A stretch of DNA of 64,000 nt from Nemertoderma westbladi (Eukaryota; Animalia; Xenacoelomorpha), in the NCBI GenBank assembly GCA_032718475.1, contig JAUCBJ010005607.1:1-64000 (forward strand), written 5' to 3'. Under the pieces are notes generated by a model. It was not told the origin of the DNA, ran no database searches, and saw nothing but the letters and a program-made list of their open reading frames with translations. A program made the translations under genes and the position numbers. This document shows, in pieces, positions 26,065-37,853 of this stretch. Position 1 is the stretch's first letter. Every line of letters begins with the position of its first letter.

Positions 26065-28527
26065 TCAACTACCGGTATCGCTTTGCAGGTGATCCCACTG
26101 AGTGTCCCTCCTGTCTCCATCTATGGTAGTGTCCCACAAGATCATCTCCATCGTGCGCGGCACGTGTTCCCCCAGAAAGTCCTTGAATTCGATCCTATTA
26201 TCTGGTGACCATCTGTCCAGGTATCTTTGTGTGTTTATGACCCCTCCGTACAATGACGCTATCGCTACCTCCTGATACGTGAATGGTAGTCTCCTCTTGG
26301 TGATCTGCTGGTAGGCTTCTATGGTAATATTAAAGAAGCCCCACCGGAACTCCGGGCCTTCATCCTTTGTCGTGACATGACTCCGACGTCGGCCCACTCA
26401 TCGAACATCCGGAACTTCTCTTCATCGTCCATCCAGTCGCACTGGCGCTCAAAGTGCCCTCTAAACTTGCACTTCGAACATCTGTTGTGCAACCTCGGAC
26501 ATGCACCCATCTGATGAGTAGACTCGCGGCAGTAGAGACACGCTGTCCCCTTCTGGAAACGGTATAGACAGTTCTTATGCTGATGGGTTAATCTCCCACA
26601 GTAATCGCAACCGTGTACCATTGTGTCCCGCCCCAAGTCGTCTTTGGCTCCGCGTGGCCTCCTGGGTCTGTGGAGCCGCTGGGAGGCAAACATCTGGACG
26701 CTGTCCTCCCTACCCATGTCGATGTCCTCCTCCACCCTCGGCATTGTTTCTCCAAACACTACCCGTGGTGCCATCCCCGGTTGCTCGCCCAGCCTGATCG
26801 TACTCGCCGCAAAGTCAATTGCCGGCTCCCCGTGCTCCCAGGTCCGCTTACCAGGTTTGTCCCAGAAGGCTCTCGCCCTGCTGGCCAACACCACCCTCCC
26901 GTCCACCCAGTCCGCATCTGAGTGGCCGATCCTCGCTATCAGCGGCATCGCCCTGAACTTGTCCTCTTCTTCTTCCCCTGCTGGGGCCTCAATCCTCTCA
27001 ATCGGTGGCATCGCCCCGAACTCATCCTCTTCTTCCTCCCCTGCCGGGAGCGGATCCAAACCCGGTAGCCAGGTTGATCCACTGTGTCCCTTTACAACCT
27101 GGTATCCGCCCATAGCCTTCCACCCTTCTAACTCCCTCGGTCTCTTCCTTCCGATGTCCCCCTCAGAGCCAGCTGGCATGGGCATTCATTGCAACCCCGA
27201 TGTAGACTGTGTCGGAGTCTCTTCCATCCAACCCAGTTCGTCCCCAAGTCGAAACTCGTCTGAGGTCTCCAATCCCCACCTCAACTCGTCCAAATCCTGG
27301 ACTTCGAACTCATACTCCTATCCCCTTATATCCGCTTCTCTGCCTGCTGCCTCCCTTCTCTCTCTCCTGGCAACCTGCTCTACTCTCTTCTCCCCGACCC
27401 TATCTGCCTCCAGTTTCCTCCATCGTTTGTATGGTGTTTCTACCTCTCTGTCCACTAGGTGTTGGGTATCGTAATATACCGACTCGCCCTTCAGCCCCGG
27501 ATGGTCTACAAGACCACTCTAATGCCACCTTAAAGGCTTTCCTGTGATTCAGAGGTGCTCCTGATAGTAGAAACGCCATCGGCTCCCTCCCGATAACCTC
27601 CGTAATGTATAGGTTTAATAAACCTATCATTATCCAATCCTCCTGTAGGATATATCTCTTCTGATATATATTTATCACTCCCTTCCGGAACTGATACACT
27701 TCCTGCTTTCCTGGTCTCGCTCCCCACTTGAGCGAGTTCGCAAGTTACGCTCCCTATTCTTCCCGGAACTTGTTCCATTCCATCGGCTTGTGGCAGACGA
27801 GTCCCATCAGTTGGCTCATCGCCACGGCTCCGCAATGTCCCGTGTTTTCCACCAATCCCAATCTCATCATAACAGTCTCGTCATAACCATGTAGACTACC
27901 TGCATGTCCAGGAGATTGGAGGTGTCCGGTCCAATAATCCTATCCGCATCGTCGCGTATTGCCGATCCCACCTTGATCGTAGTTTTATGTCTCACTAGCT
28001 CCTGCACTGCCCTCGGCAACCGGTTCAGCTTCGGCCTGCTTTTCTTTCCATAGGTCCCTAGGTCGAATAGAAAAATATCTCCGTTCAGCACTGCCAAGTG
28101 CAGCAATATAGTTCTAGCCGATCCTCCCGATCCTTCTCGAGCCCTCATCATCCTCCACAGTCCCTTCGTCGCCTAGGACCATGTATCCGCCTCTCTCCAC
28201 GGAATCTACAAATCTCCTCCACTCCTTCCTCGGTGGTTCCCTCAGATACTTAGGTATCCCAAACTTTGCCTAGTCTCCCTTTACAACATAGCGAAGGCGA
28301 AGATGCTCATGGATCGTGTTGTCCAACGATGGCGTCCCGTAGGTCCCCACCAGTCATCTCTCGTGCATCTCCCTAAACTGATCCTGTAGTGTGTGCGCTT
28401 TGTGACCCTTTGGGAGTAGTTTGTAGTATCCCTCCATCTTGTTCTCCGGAAGCCTCTGCGTGAAGTCCACTAACAACTACTTCCCAGTCTTCTCCGATTT
28501 CCTCTTCTTCACTAGTTTATCCGCCAT
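26065..28527 (-). pseudogene. Extra ORF of the BEL element: DEDDy/WRN-like 3'-5' exonuclease domain, acidic linker and three CCHC zinc knuckles (disrupted)
   Basis: Manual translation from ATG 28527: ...GYMVLGDEG...(frameshift)ILLHLAVLNGDIFLFDLG...LPRAVQELVRHKTTIKVGSAIRDDADRI...LLDMQVVY...QKRYILQED. Then CDYCGRLTHQHKNC, CLYCRESTHQMGAC and CSKCKFRGHFERQC in ORF 26319-27185. Several stops and frameshifts. Confidence 0.65.
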
Positions 28528-28997
28528 CACGAGTCGACACACTCTCATAAAGGCTCAGTTTAAGTAAGAGGGTTGTCAAACAGAATGTTACTTGTTCCGA
28601 TCAGTGACGGCCTACCTCCTACACTATGTTTTTCGGTATATTTTAAACAAATATACCCCCTACATGCCAATTTTCCCTAAATTTGCAATTTTGTCAGTTG
28701 CTTTTATTAATGATTCCAGAATTTTTTCCCCCCAGTTGCCATAATTTGTTCATTTTTCAATTTTTACTACTATTTATATTCCCCCCCCCCCCCTACGTGT
28801 GCTGTCATTATCTGCTATCTGGTTACTTACTTAAGTAACCCCTCTAGTTGTATACAGAGAAGAGTAGCTACAGTTTTCTCATTACCGTACTAGCTTCCTA
28901 CCTGACAGCTTCCTGGCTCTGTAACAATACCCTAAGTCTGTACTACGGGCTGTGCGCTACAGTAGTCTAGTTCGTGCAGCCTACACGGTCTACACAG

Positions 28998-29284
28998 CCC
29001 TCACGTGGCGCCCTCAGTGCCCACAAGTTTACAGTACTGTGTACCCCTCTACTACGGTATGCATAAATACCCCCCTCAATTCCTCACATGGCGCCCTCAG
29101 TGCCCTCAAGTTTACAGTACTGTGTACCCCTCGATTACGGTATACATACATACCCCCCCACAATTCCTCACGTGGCACCCTCAGTGCCCACAAGTTTAAG
29201 GTACTGTGTACCCTTCTACTACGGTATGCATTCATAACCCCCCCCTCTCAATTCCTCGCGTGGCGCTCTCAGTGCCCACAAGTT
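28998..29284. repeat. ~83-bp tandem repeat (~3.5 copies) between pol and the extra ORF
   Basis: Repeated CTCACGTGGCGCCCTCAGTGCCCACAAGTTTACAGTACTGTGTACCC... Confidence 0.85.
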
Positions 29285-29551
29285 GTGCGTATGTAAATTT
29301 GGTATGTTGGTACATTATTGTACCCGTCTGATGTACGTTATTATAACTACCTATACTTGTATATTATGTATGTTGGTAGGTCTGTACCCATCAGACGTAC
29401 ATAATATGTACTATCTACATTCAGCATACCTTGGTACTAACTACTTATTTTATTATTTTATTTATTTTGTTTATTTTTATTTTTATGTGTGGGATGGGCG
29501 TCTCGCCCTCATTCCCACTCCCCTCAGTACAATATATTGGACGACTCAACT

Positions 29552-30202
29552 CTAGGGAGACCCTTCCAATAGGCAACACTTTCCTACTGCCCAACTGTAG
29601 GTCTTCCTATCTTTGGCCCCTATCTTTCCTCGAATCCTCACTTTCACGGATCTAATTCTTCCATCTTCGTCGGGGTAGGTTTCTACTACCCTAGCTAATC
29701 TCCAGTGGTTATTGATAATTGTATCATCCGTGATGATTATCAAGTCACCCTTCTTTAGCTTCCTTTGGCTATTCCTCCATTTACTCCTCTTGTGTAGTGT
29801 TGGAAGGTACTCTTGTATCCACCTTGTCCAATACTTACTGCCTTAGTGACCTTCCAGCTTTGACGCGAATGTATATCGTCTGGATCCATGTTTCACATGT
29901 CAATTGTTGCTGGTCTGTCCATCAGTAGGTGTGCTGGTGTTAGGACATCCAGTGATTCTGGATGGTCGTTCTCGGGATATAGTGGTCAGCTGTTAATAAT
30001 GTTCGTATCACCTTTATCTTGACTGGCCCAAACATGTCCACGCCTCAGTGTGTGAATGGTGGGTCGTGGTGCCTCACCCTGTTGGCCGGTAATAGCGCCA
30101 TCTCCTGTACGGCCATATCCTTCTTCGTCCGTCGGCAGGTCTGGCACTGCCCCACTACCGCCTTCACCATCTTTCTGAGTTGGATTCCTAGATCTTTCTG
30201 AC
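29552..30202 (-). pseudogene. BEL/Pao integrase remnant (Zn-finger end, start of core, DUF5641-like C-terminus)
   Basis: LRKMVKAVVGQCQTCRR...MALLPANRV...PPFTH*GVDMFGP and WRLARVVETYPDEDGRIRSVKVR. The central core is deleted. Confidence 0.88.
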
Positions 30203-30848
30203 TGTGACGGGAGCCAACGGAGTTGGCAGTATCGGCTCCCGACCGGTGTGTGAATTGTACGTACGCATTGCCGCATCCGTGAGCTGCTGAGCTGTCGATT
30301 GGATGTGTACTAGTAGGCCAAAGGCCGTTGGAAACAATCTGAGTTCTGTTATCAGTATTAATAATCACAGTAATCGATAATAGCACAGTCTGAATATAAT
30401 AGCATGCAATACAACGGTTAGTGACGATGGTCAAAACCTTTCCGGTCTCACAACTGTAAGGAACCAACTAAACTAATAATCAATAATCACAACGGTTATA
30501 TCATTGACACATGTTAAATTACCCCTACACTACAGGGTGGCCTTAATTTCCAATAGATGCGCTCTAATCACCCCCAATGTGCTTCCCAGCCCACCATTGG
30601 CTTAACCTGATTAATTCTCACCTCGCCACTCCCTGTTGCCACTGTCCCTGTGTGCTAGCCTTACTAGCTTATTTGTCCCTCTGAGGTGGTTTGACCTCTC
30701 AACTCTCTCTGTGGCTTACGGCATGTATCACCCCAGTTGGTTATGAGGTGACATTATTATTGCTTATAATGCACCTCGCTAACCCTATTGGTAAAATGTC
30801 ACTTATCCCATTTTCGGTGGGTAATGCACGGAATTGAATCCGCTTACA
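30203..30848 (-). repeat. 5' LTR (646 bp)
   Basis: TGTGACGGG...CCGCTTACA, homologous to 23696-25211. Confidence 0.9.
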
Positions 30849-31518
30849 GCTTCCAGAATTATATTATGGGGCCAACATGAAGGTACGTATGGGTGCAGCG
30901 CAGGTTAATAGTGCTGCAAACGTTGGGGTTTCCAGAATTATATTATGGGACCAACATGAAGGTACGTATGGGTGCAGCGCAGGTTAATAGTGCTGCAAAC
31001 GTTGGGGATTCCTGAATTTTATTCTGGGGCCAATATGAAGGTACGTATGGGGCGCAGAGTAGATTAATAGTGCTGCAAACGTTGGAGCTTCCAGAATTAT
31101 ATTTCTGGGGCCAACATTAAGATGTACGTATGGGTGCAATGTAGATTAATAGTGCTGCAAATGTTGGGGCTTCCAGAATTATATTATGGGGCCAACAAGA
31201 AGGTACATATGGGTGTAGAGTAGATTAATAGTGCTGCAAACGTTGGGGCTTCCAGAATTATATTCTGGGTCCAACATTAAGGTACGTATGGGAGCAACGT
31301 AGATTAAAAGTGCTGCAAACGTTGTTGGGGCTTCCTGAATTATATTATGGGACCAACATGAAGGTACGTATGGGTGCAGCGTAGATTAATAGTGCTGCAA
31401 ACTTTGGGGCTTCCAGAATTATATTATGGGGCCAACATGAAGGTACGTATGGGAGCAACGTAGATTAAAAGTGCTGCAAACGTTGGGGCTTCCTGAATTA
31501 TATTTTGGGGCCAACATT
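30849..31518. repeat. Satellite 2, distal remnant (~8.5 more degenerate monomers)
   Basis: The same 79-bp unit resumes in register right after the TSD. Confidence 0.95.
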
Positions 31519-31685
31519 GAGCTCAAACATAACTAATTCCAGTATAGATCATAGCAACTAAGTATAACTGAACATTGCATAATGTTATACATAATGTAGT
31601 AATTAGAATCATGTTAATCTTGAAGAACCATCATTAGAACCACAATTTTGACTCAACATTGGATATTATATTTTAATTATTTCAG

Positions 31686-32396
31686 ATTCATGTAGTGGAA
31701 ACTATGTGTCCCATGGATCATGGTGGCCATTGAACAACAACTATGCCGGAAATGACATATTGGAAATTGCTAAACCACTTTCCTCCCACTCGCAAAATGA
31801 TAACCACCCAGCAAACACTAACAACATAAAGGGCACTGTAAGATATGTCCCTGGACCAAGTGGCATCGCTAATCAAGCCATGGAATTTGCCAATGGATAC
31901 ATTTCATTCCCACATGCGGCTAACCAGTTAGTGGACAACACCTTCACCATAGTTGCATTTTTTAAGCCAGGCAACCAAGCTGGCCCTATATTAGGTTTTG
32001 GTGGTCACAACGAAAGAGGTACACATTTGTGGAACTATCTTCAACCGACTTCCCTATGGTACAGCTGTGGTGGCGCACAATCAATGACAGCAGATAATGC
32101 AATCACTACTGACACGTGGTACATGATTTCAGTGGGGGTCAATGCTGAAACTGGAAAAACACTTCTCTATAGTCGAATTGTAGGGACAAATATAGTAACA
32201 ACGAAACTGTTTGATTCTCATTTTACTGGCAGATGTACTCCAGATATTACCAGCAATTTCAACATAGGATTTGATGAGAAGGATTCAAGAAAACAGCTCG
32301 GGCATGTCGCCCATGTCCGATATTACGGCTGTTATTATACTCTGACACAGCTTAATGACATTTATGAGGAGGGTCTGGCTTTTGAACAGGAAAATG
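31686..32396 (+). CDS. Host gene exon D: LamG-like / concanavalin A-like lectin domain 1
   Basis: Acceptor ttatttcag|, donor ATG|gtaagt, phase 1 to 1. Peptide WWPLN...GTVRYVPGPSG...AMEFANGYISF...FTIVAFFKP...WYMISV...FNIG...VAHVRYY..LT, typical of Laminin_G_3-like domains. Confidence 0.85.
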
Positions 32397-32834
32397 GTAA
32401 GTTTATGATCCAGTTTCTAAATGAATTCGAATAAATAAATTGTAAAAGAAATTACTGCTAGAGGTGCATGTGCTAGAGGAGGGAGGGGGTCGTCAAAATT
32501 TGGGGTGTAGAATTTCTAATTGCAGATTAGTCCGAAAGTCACTCACATCAAACCAAGTTGTTGATAGGACTAGGGATCTTTTTTAGTAACAAAAATATTT
32601 CAAATTTGATTTAAAACCAACAATAAATACCAATGAATTAAAAATAATTTTCAAGTTTTACTAAATACATGGGTGTAAAAATTGATTCCCATACTTTTTT
32701 AATAATTAACTACAGAAATAGAACATACAAACACAAAGACTTTCAACTAATAATATCTAAAATTAAAATTCAAGCATTCTGACCCGCGATGGGTGCGGAG
32801 GCTGGGGGGGGGGGGGGGGGGGGGCAGAGAGGAG

Positions 32835-35330
32835 ATCGTAGAGACCCTCTGATAGTGCAGGGTCCGCGGTCCCGAGGATGTCGTAGAGACCCTCTGGTAG
32901 TGCAGGGTCCGTGGTCCCGAGGATGGAGGCCATAGAGACCCTCTGGTGGTGTAGGGTCCGCGGTCCCGAGGATGGAGGCCGTAGAGACCCTCTGATAGTG
33001 CAGGGTCCGTGGTCCCGAGGATGTCGTAGAGACCCTCTGATAGTGCAGGGTCCGCGGTCCCGAGGATGGAGGCCATAGAGACCCTCTGGTAGTGCATGGT
33101 CTGCGGTCCCGAGGATGGAGGCCGTAGAGACCCTCTGGTAGTGCAGGGTCCGCGGTCCCGAGGATGGAGGCCGTAGAGACCCTCTGGTAGTGCAGGGTCC
33201 GCGGTCCCGAGGATGGAGGCCGTAGAGACCCTCTGGTAGTGCAGGGTCCGCGGTCCCGAGGATGGAGGCCGTAGAGACCCTCTGGTAGTGCAGGGTCCGT
33301 GGTCCCGAGGATGGAGGCCGTAGAGACCCTCTGGTAGTGCAGGGTCCGCGGTCCCGAGGATGGAGGCCGTCGAGACCCTCTGGTAGTGCAGGGTCCGCGG
33401 TCCCGAGGATGGAGGCCGTAGAGACCCTCTGGTAGTGCAGGGTCCGCGGTCCCGAGGATGGAGGCCGTAGAGACCCTCTGGTAGTGCAGGGTCCGTGGTC
33501 CCGAGGATGGAGGCCGTCGAGACCCTCTGGTAGTGCAGGCTCCGCGGTCCCGAGGATGGAGGCCGTAGAGACCCTCTGGTAGTGCAGGGTCCGCGGTCCC
33601 GAGGATGGAGGCCGTAGAGACCCTCTGGTAGTGCAGGGTCCGTGGTCCCGAGGATGGAGGCCGTAGAGACCCTCTGGTAGTGTAGGGTCCGCGGTCCCGA
33701 GGATGGAGGCCGTCGAGACCCTCTGGTAGTGCAGGGTCCGTGGTCCCGAGGATGTAGGCGTAGAGACCCTCTGATAGTGCAGGGTCCGCGGTCCCGAGGA
33801 TGGAGGCTGTAGAGACCCTCTGGTAGTGCAGGGTCTGCAGTCCCGAGGATGGAGGCCATAGAGACCCTCTGATAGTGCAGGGTCCGCGGTCCCGAGGATG
33901 TCGTAGAGACCCTCTGGTAGTGCAGGGTCCGCGGTCCCGAGGATGGAGGCCGTAGTGACCCTCTGATAGTGCAGGGTCCGTGGTCCCGAGGATGGAGGCC
34001 ATAGAGACCCTATGATAATGCAGGGTCCGCGGTCCCGAGGATGTCGTAGAGACCCTCTGGTAGTACAGGGTCCGTGGTCCCGAGGATGGAGGCCATAGAG
34101 ACCCTATGATAATGCAGGGTCCGCGGTCCCGAGGATGTCGTAGAGACCCTCTGGTAGTGCAGGGTCCGCGGTCCCGAGGATGGAGGCCGTAGAGACCCTA
34201 TGATAATGCAGGGTCCGCGGTCCCGAGGATGTCGTAGAGACCCTCTGATAGTGCAGGATTCGTGGTCCCGAGGATGGAGGCTGTAGAGACCCTCTGGTAG
34301 TGCAGGGTCCGTGGTCCCGAGGATGGAGGCCATAGAGACCCTATGATAATGCAGGGTCCGCGGTCCCGAGGATGTCGTAGAGACCCTCTGATAGTGCAGG
34401 ATTCGTGGTCCCGAGGATGGAGGCTGTAGAGACCCTCTGGTAGTGCAGGGTCCGTGGTCCCGAGGATGGAGGCCATAGAGACCCTATGATAATGCAGGGT
34501 CCGCGGTCCCGAGGATGTCGTAGAGACCCTCTGATAGTGCAGGATTTGTGGTCCCGAGGATGGAGGCTGTAGAGACCCTTTGGTAGTGCAGGGTCCGTGG
34601 TCCCGAGGATGGAGGCCATAGAGACCCTATGATAATGCAGGGTCCGTGGTCCCGAGGATGTCGTAGAGACCCTCTGGTAGTGCAGGGTCCGCGGTCCCGA
34701 GGATGGAGGCCGTAGAGACCCTCTGATAGTGCAGGGTCCGCGGTCCCGAGGATGTCGTAGAGACCCTCTGGTAGTGCAGGGTCCGCGGTCCCGAGGATGG
34801 AGGCCGTAGTGACCCTCTGATAGTGCAGGATTCGTGGTCCCGAGGATGGAGGCTGTAGAGACCCTCTGGTAGTGCAGGGTCCGCGGTCCCGAGGATGGAG
34901 GCTGTAGAGACCCTCTGGTAGTGCAGGGTCCGCGGTCCCGAGGATGTCGTAGAGACCCTCTGATAGTGCAGGGTCCGCAGTCCCGAGGATGGAGGCCGTC
35001 GAGACCCTCTGGTAGTGCAGCGTCCGCGGTCCCGAGGCTGGAGGCCGTAGAGACCCTCTGGTAGTGCTCTGTCCGCGGTCCCGAGGATGGAGGCTGTAGA
35101 GACCCTCTGGTAGTGCAGGGTCCGTGGTCCCGAGGATGGAGGCCGTAGAGACCCTCTGGAAGTGCAGGATCTGCGGTCCCGAGGATGTCATAGAGACCCT
35201 CTGGTAATGCGGGGTCCGCTGTCCCGAGGATGCAGGCCGTAGAGACCCTATGATAATGCAGGGTCCGCGGTCCCGAGGATGTTGTAGAGACCCTCTGGTA
35301 ATGCAGGTCCGCAGTCCGAGGTTGGAGGCC
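32835..35330. repeat. GC-rich minisatellite, 49-bp unit with a 45-bp variant, ~50 copies
   Basis: Unit GTAGAGACCCTCTGGTAGTGCAGGGTCCGCGGTCCCGAGGATGGAGGCC. A 143-bp (49+49+45) higher-order unit is visible at 34198, 34341 and 34484. Confidence 0.95.
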
Positions 35331-35952
35331 GTGGGTCGATCAGGATGGCTATGAGGATGCGTTGGAGTACGAACCGATGGGATTTCGGCTCCTGAGTGAC
35401 TCTGCTCCACGTGTGTTCTTATTATTGATCAAATATTAAATACAAACCGTATTACAAATATATACATACAATATATATACAATACAATATACATTGTATA
35501 CTATACAATACAAATATATACAAACAATATTAAAATTAAAAATGTGTTTACATAATTAAAACAAGCCTTTTATATACTTTACTTATATACATTGAAAAAA
35601 GTTGAATATACCAGGATTTATAAAATGCGAAATAATTAAATTTGACTTTAAATAATATAGCAATATATTATGGATCATGAGTTTATACTATTAATATAAT
35701 ACTGTATGTCTATTCCTTGCAGCATTTAGGCCACTTGGGCTTTCAATGGCTCTTGTGGAATATCTTTGGTATGTATAAGAAAGAGTTATACATCTCAAAA
35801 AGTTTAGCGTCATCTAGCGAGTAACTATGATATTGACTATGTTATATACGTCATACACATGTATATTTTGAAAGCGCAATTAGGCCAATATTAAATAATT
35901 GAATTGGATGCCTATTACATATAAGATTATTATAGGAATTATTGTTCAGGCA

Positions 35953-36372
35953 TTTTGTTTGTATGAAGTTCGTATCCAATGGGTTTTCGGCGTGTTTGTT
36001 TGTGTGAAGTTCGTATCCAATGGGTTTTCGGCGTGTTTGTTTGTATGAAGTTCGTATCCATTGGGTTTTCGGCGTGTTTGTTTGTATGAAGTTCGTATCC
36101 AATGGGTTTTCGGCGTGTTTGTTTGTGTGAAGTTCGTATCCAATGGGTTTTCGGCGTGTTTGTTTGTATGAAGTTCGTATCCAATGGGTTTTCGGCGTGT
36201 TTGTTTGTGTGAAGTTCGTATCCAATGGGTTTTCGGCGTGTTTGTTTGTATGAAGTTCGTATCCAATGGGATTTCGGCGTGTTTGTTTGTGTGAAGTTCG
36301 TATCCAATGGGTTTTCGGCGTGTTTGTTTGTGTGAAGTTCGTATCCAATGGGTTTTCGGCGTGTTTGTTTGT
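35953..36372. repeat. 41-bp minisatellite, ~10 copies
   Basis: Unit TTTGTTTGTATGAAGTTCGTATCCAATGGGTTTTCGGCGTG. Confidence 0.95.
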
Positions 36373-36704
36373 GTTTTTAAACGTATCATAGCCAACTGGA
36401 ATTTACCCTTTCGGTACACCCAAAATCAATTCCTGCAGATATACTTGTTATTAATCTTTCTAAGAAACCCCTGTCTCCTAATGAATCCAATTTACTCAGT
36501 TTGGGTGGTAAATTTTGGTTCCCCTAAATCAATCCCTACTCTCGCTCGCTCTTTTGTCCAAGATTGAATGAATATGCCTGTCTACGAGCAACCAAGAAAG
36601 ATGTAGCCGATTACCGCATTTCTGACTTTCGTAATTGTTCCTTCTGTGACCTTCTTTTAGCGCCCCAACATAAATCCCCCCTCCCCGCCCCCTCTCCCCC
36701 TCTA

Positions 36705-37170
36705 CTTGGAAAAAGCTAAAGGGATTGTTGTCCTGGACAGTCCTTGTTATGAGAACACGCTGTATATATTAAATTCCGGATATTCCGAACTTCAAACAGA
36801 TCCCTCCATTGCATATAACCGACCGATTCTTTCGTGAGTTCCTACTCTCTACTTATGCCGGCCGTAAAGTATCTGGCCGCCGCCGCCGTAGAGATGAAGT
36901 ACTGGAATCCAAAAAACCCTCAGAGATATGCAGAATACCATCGCTTGTGTAAGTCTCAAGGTAGGCCTGGCGCCTTTTATGGCCTTGTTAAAACTCACAA
37001 ATACCCCAAATTCCCGGTCTCTGAAGTAGATAAAGACGTCTGGTGATCTAACCTCAAAATACGACCAATTTACCCTGTGTTTAAGGGTATAGATGCCCCA
37101 ATTAGAAGAATGCTTACTATGCCTTCAAACCCTCCCACAACCGGATCGCTACATTCGCAAACCTTTCGAC
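36705..37170 (+). pseudogene. Penelope-like retroelement RT N-terminal fragment
   Basis: KAKGIVVLDSPCYENTLYILNSGYSELQTDPS...PGAFYGLVKTHK...LKIRPI matches the DKG..VVLD...Y...DP / YGLPKxHK...RPI signature of PLE reverse transcriptases. Disrupted. Confidence 0.75.
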
Positions 37171-37853
37171 GCATTTTATTAAATATTCATGTCTCTTGTG
37201 ATTGGTCCCATATATATAATATAATAGAATAATATATAATACTGTATTTAACCCTATTTTGCCCGAATGGGGGGGGGGGGGGGGGGGGGGGGGTGGTGGT
37301 GTGGCACAATAAGTTTACAAGTAGCACATATTTGATAATCGCATAACGCATTAAGAAATCAACATGATTTTATGGCCATATTGGCTTTCCGTGTAGCTGA
37401 ATTCGTATATGACACTCAACAATTTCGGTTCTGATTGATTGTGGTATTTTTTAATAGGTGCCAATGAGTGAAAAAGGAAGTAGCACAGGCTGATAATAAT
37501 TTGATAGTCTACGATAAAATAATTTTAATAAGTTGTTGGATGTGGCTTTTGAGTCACATAGAATTGTCCCCAACTTGTATTTCATTTGCTCATTTCCACA
37601 ACGCAAATAACAACGGATTATTCCCAAAAATAAAACTGTAACGTCTTCTATTGAGTTTAGTATATTGTTTTGGTTAGAATAACGCGCCAAAGTTAACCTG
37701 CTCCTTTCCCTAAATAGATATGTTAACATTCTAACATTGAACATTTTAACATTCTAAAGTTTCAATTACTTCATAATTAAAAACACCCATAAGTGAATAA
37801 CACAAATATTGTTTGTGGCTTATAAAAGTTATCATTATTGTTAATTGTTTCAG

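Larger units (their letters stand above)
23696..30848 (-). mobile_element. Internally deleted BEL/Pao LTR retrotransposon inserted in satellite 2
   Basis: TG...CA termini; 5-bp TSD GCTTC (23691-23695 and 30849-30853); two homologous LTRs; polypurine tract (- strand CGGGGGAG, 25212-25219) next to the left LTR; BEL-type integrase remnants. Confidence 0.92.

Noticed and set aside
26613-27547. Plus-strand Ser/Pro-rich ORFs (and 46665-47201, 47928-48524)
   Set aside because: Antisense shadows of purine-rich retrotransposon coding sequence on the - strand.
29004-29100. TGGCGCCC as a tRNA-Lys primer-binding site
   Set aside because: Only 8 nt match, on the wrong strand, not adjacent to an LTR, and part of a tandem repeat.
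9792-31518. CRISPR-like appearance of the regular arrays, including the hairpin in satellite 2
   Set aside because: No unique spacers (whole units repeat), no cas genes, eukaryotic context.
32747-36419. Long repetitive ORFs (up to 410 aa) over the 49-bp and 41-bp arrays
   Set aside because: Unit lengths are not multiples of three, so the peptide cycles through all frames; no evidence of coding constraint.
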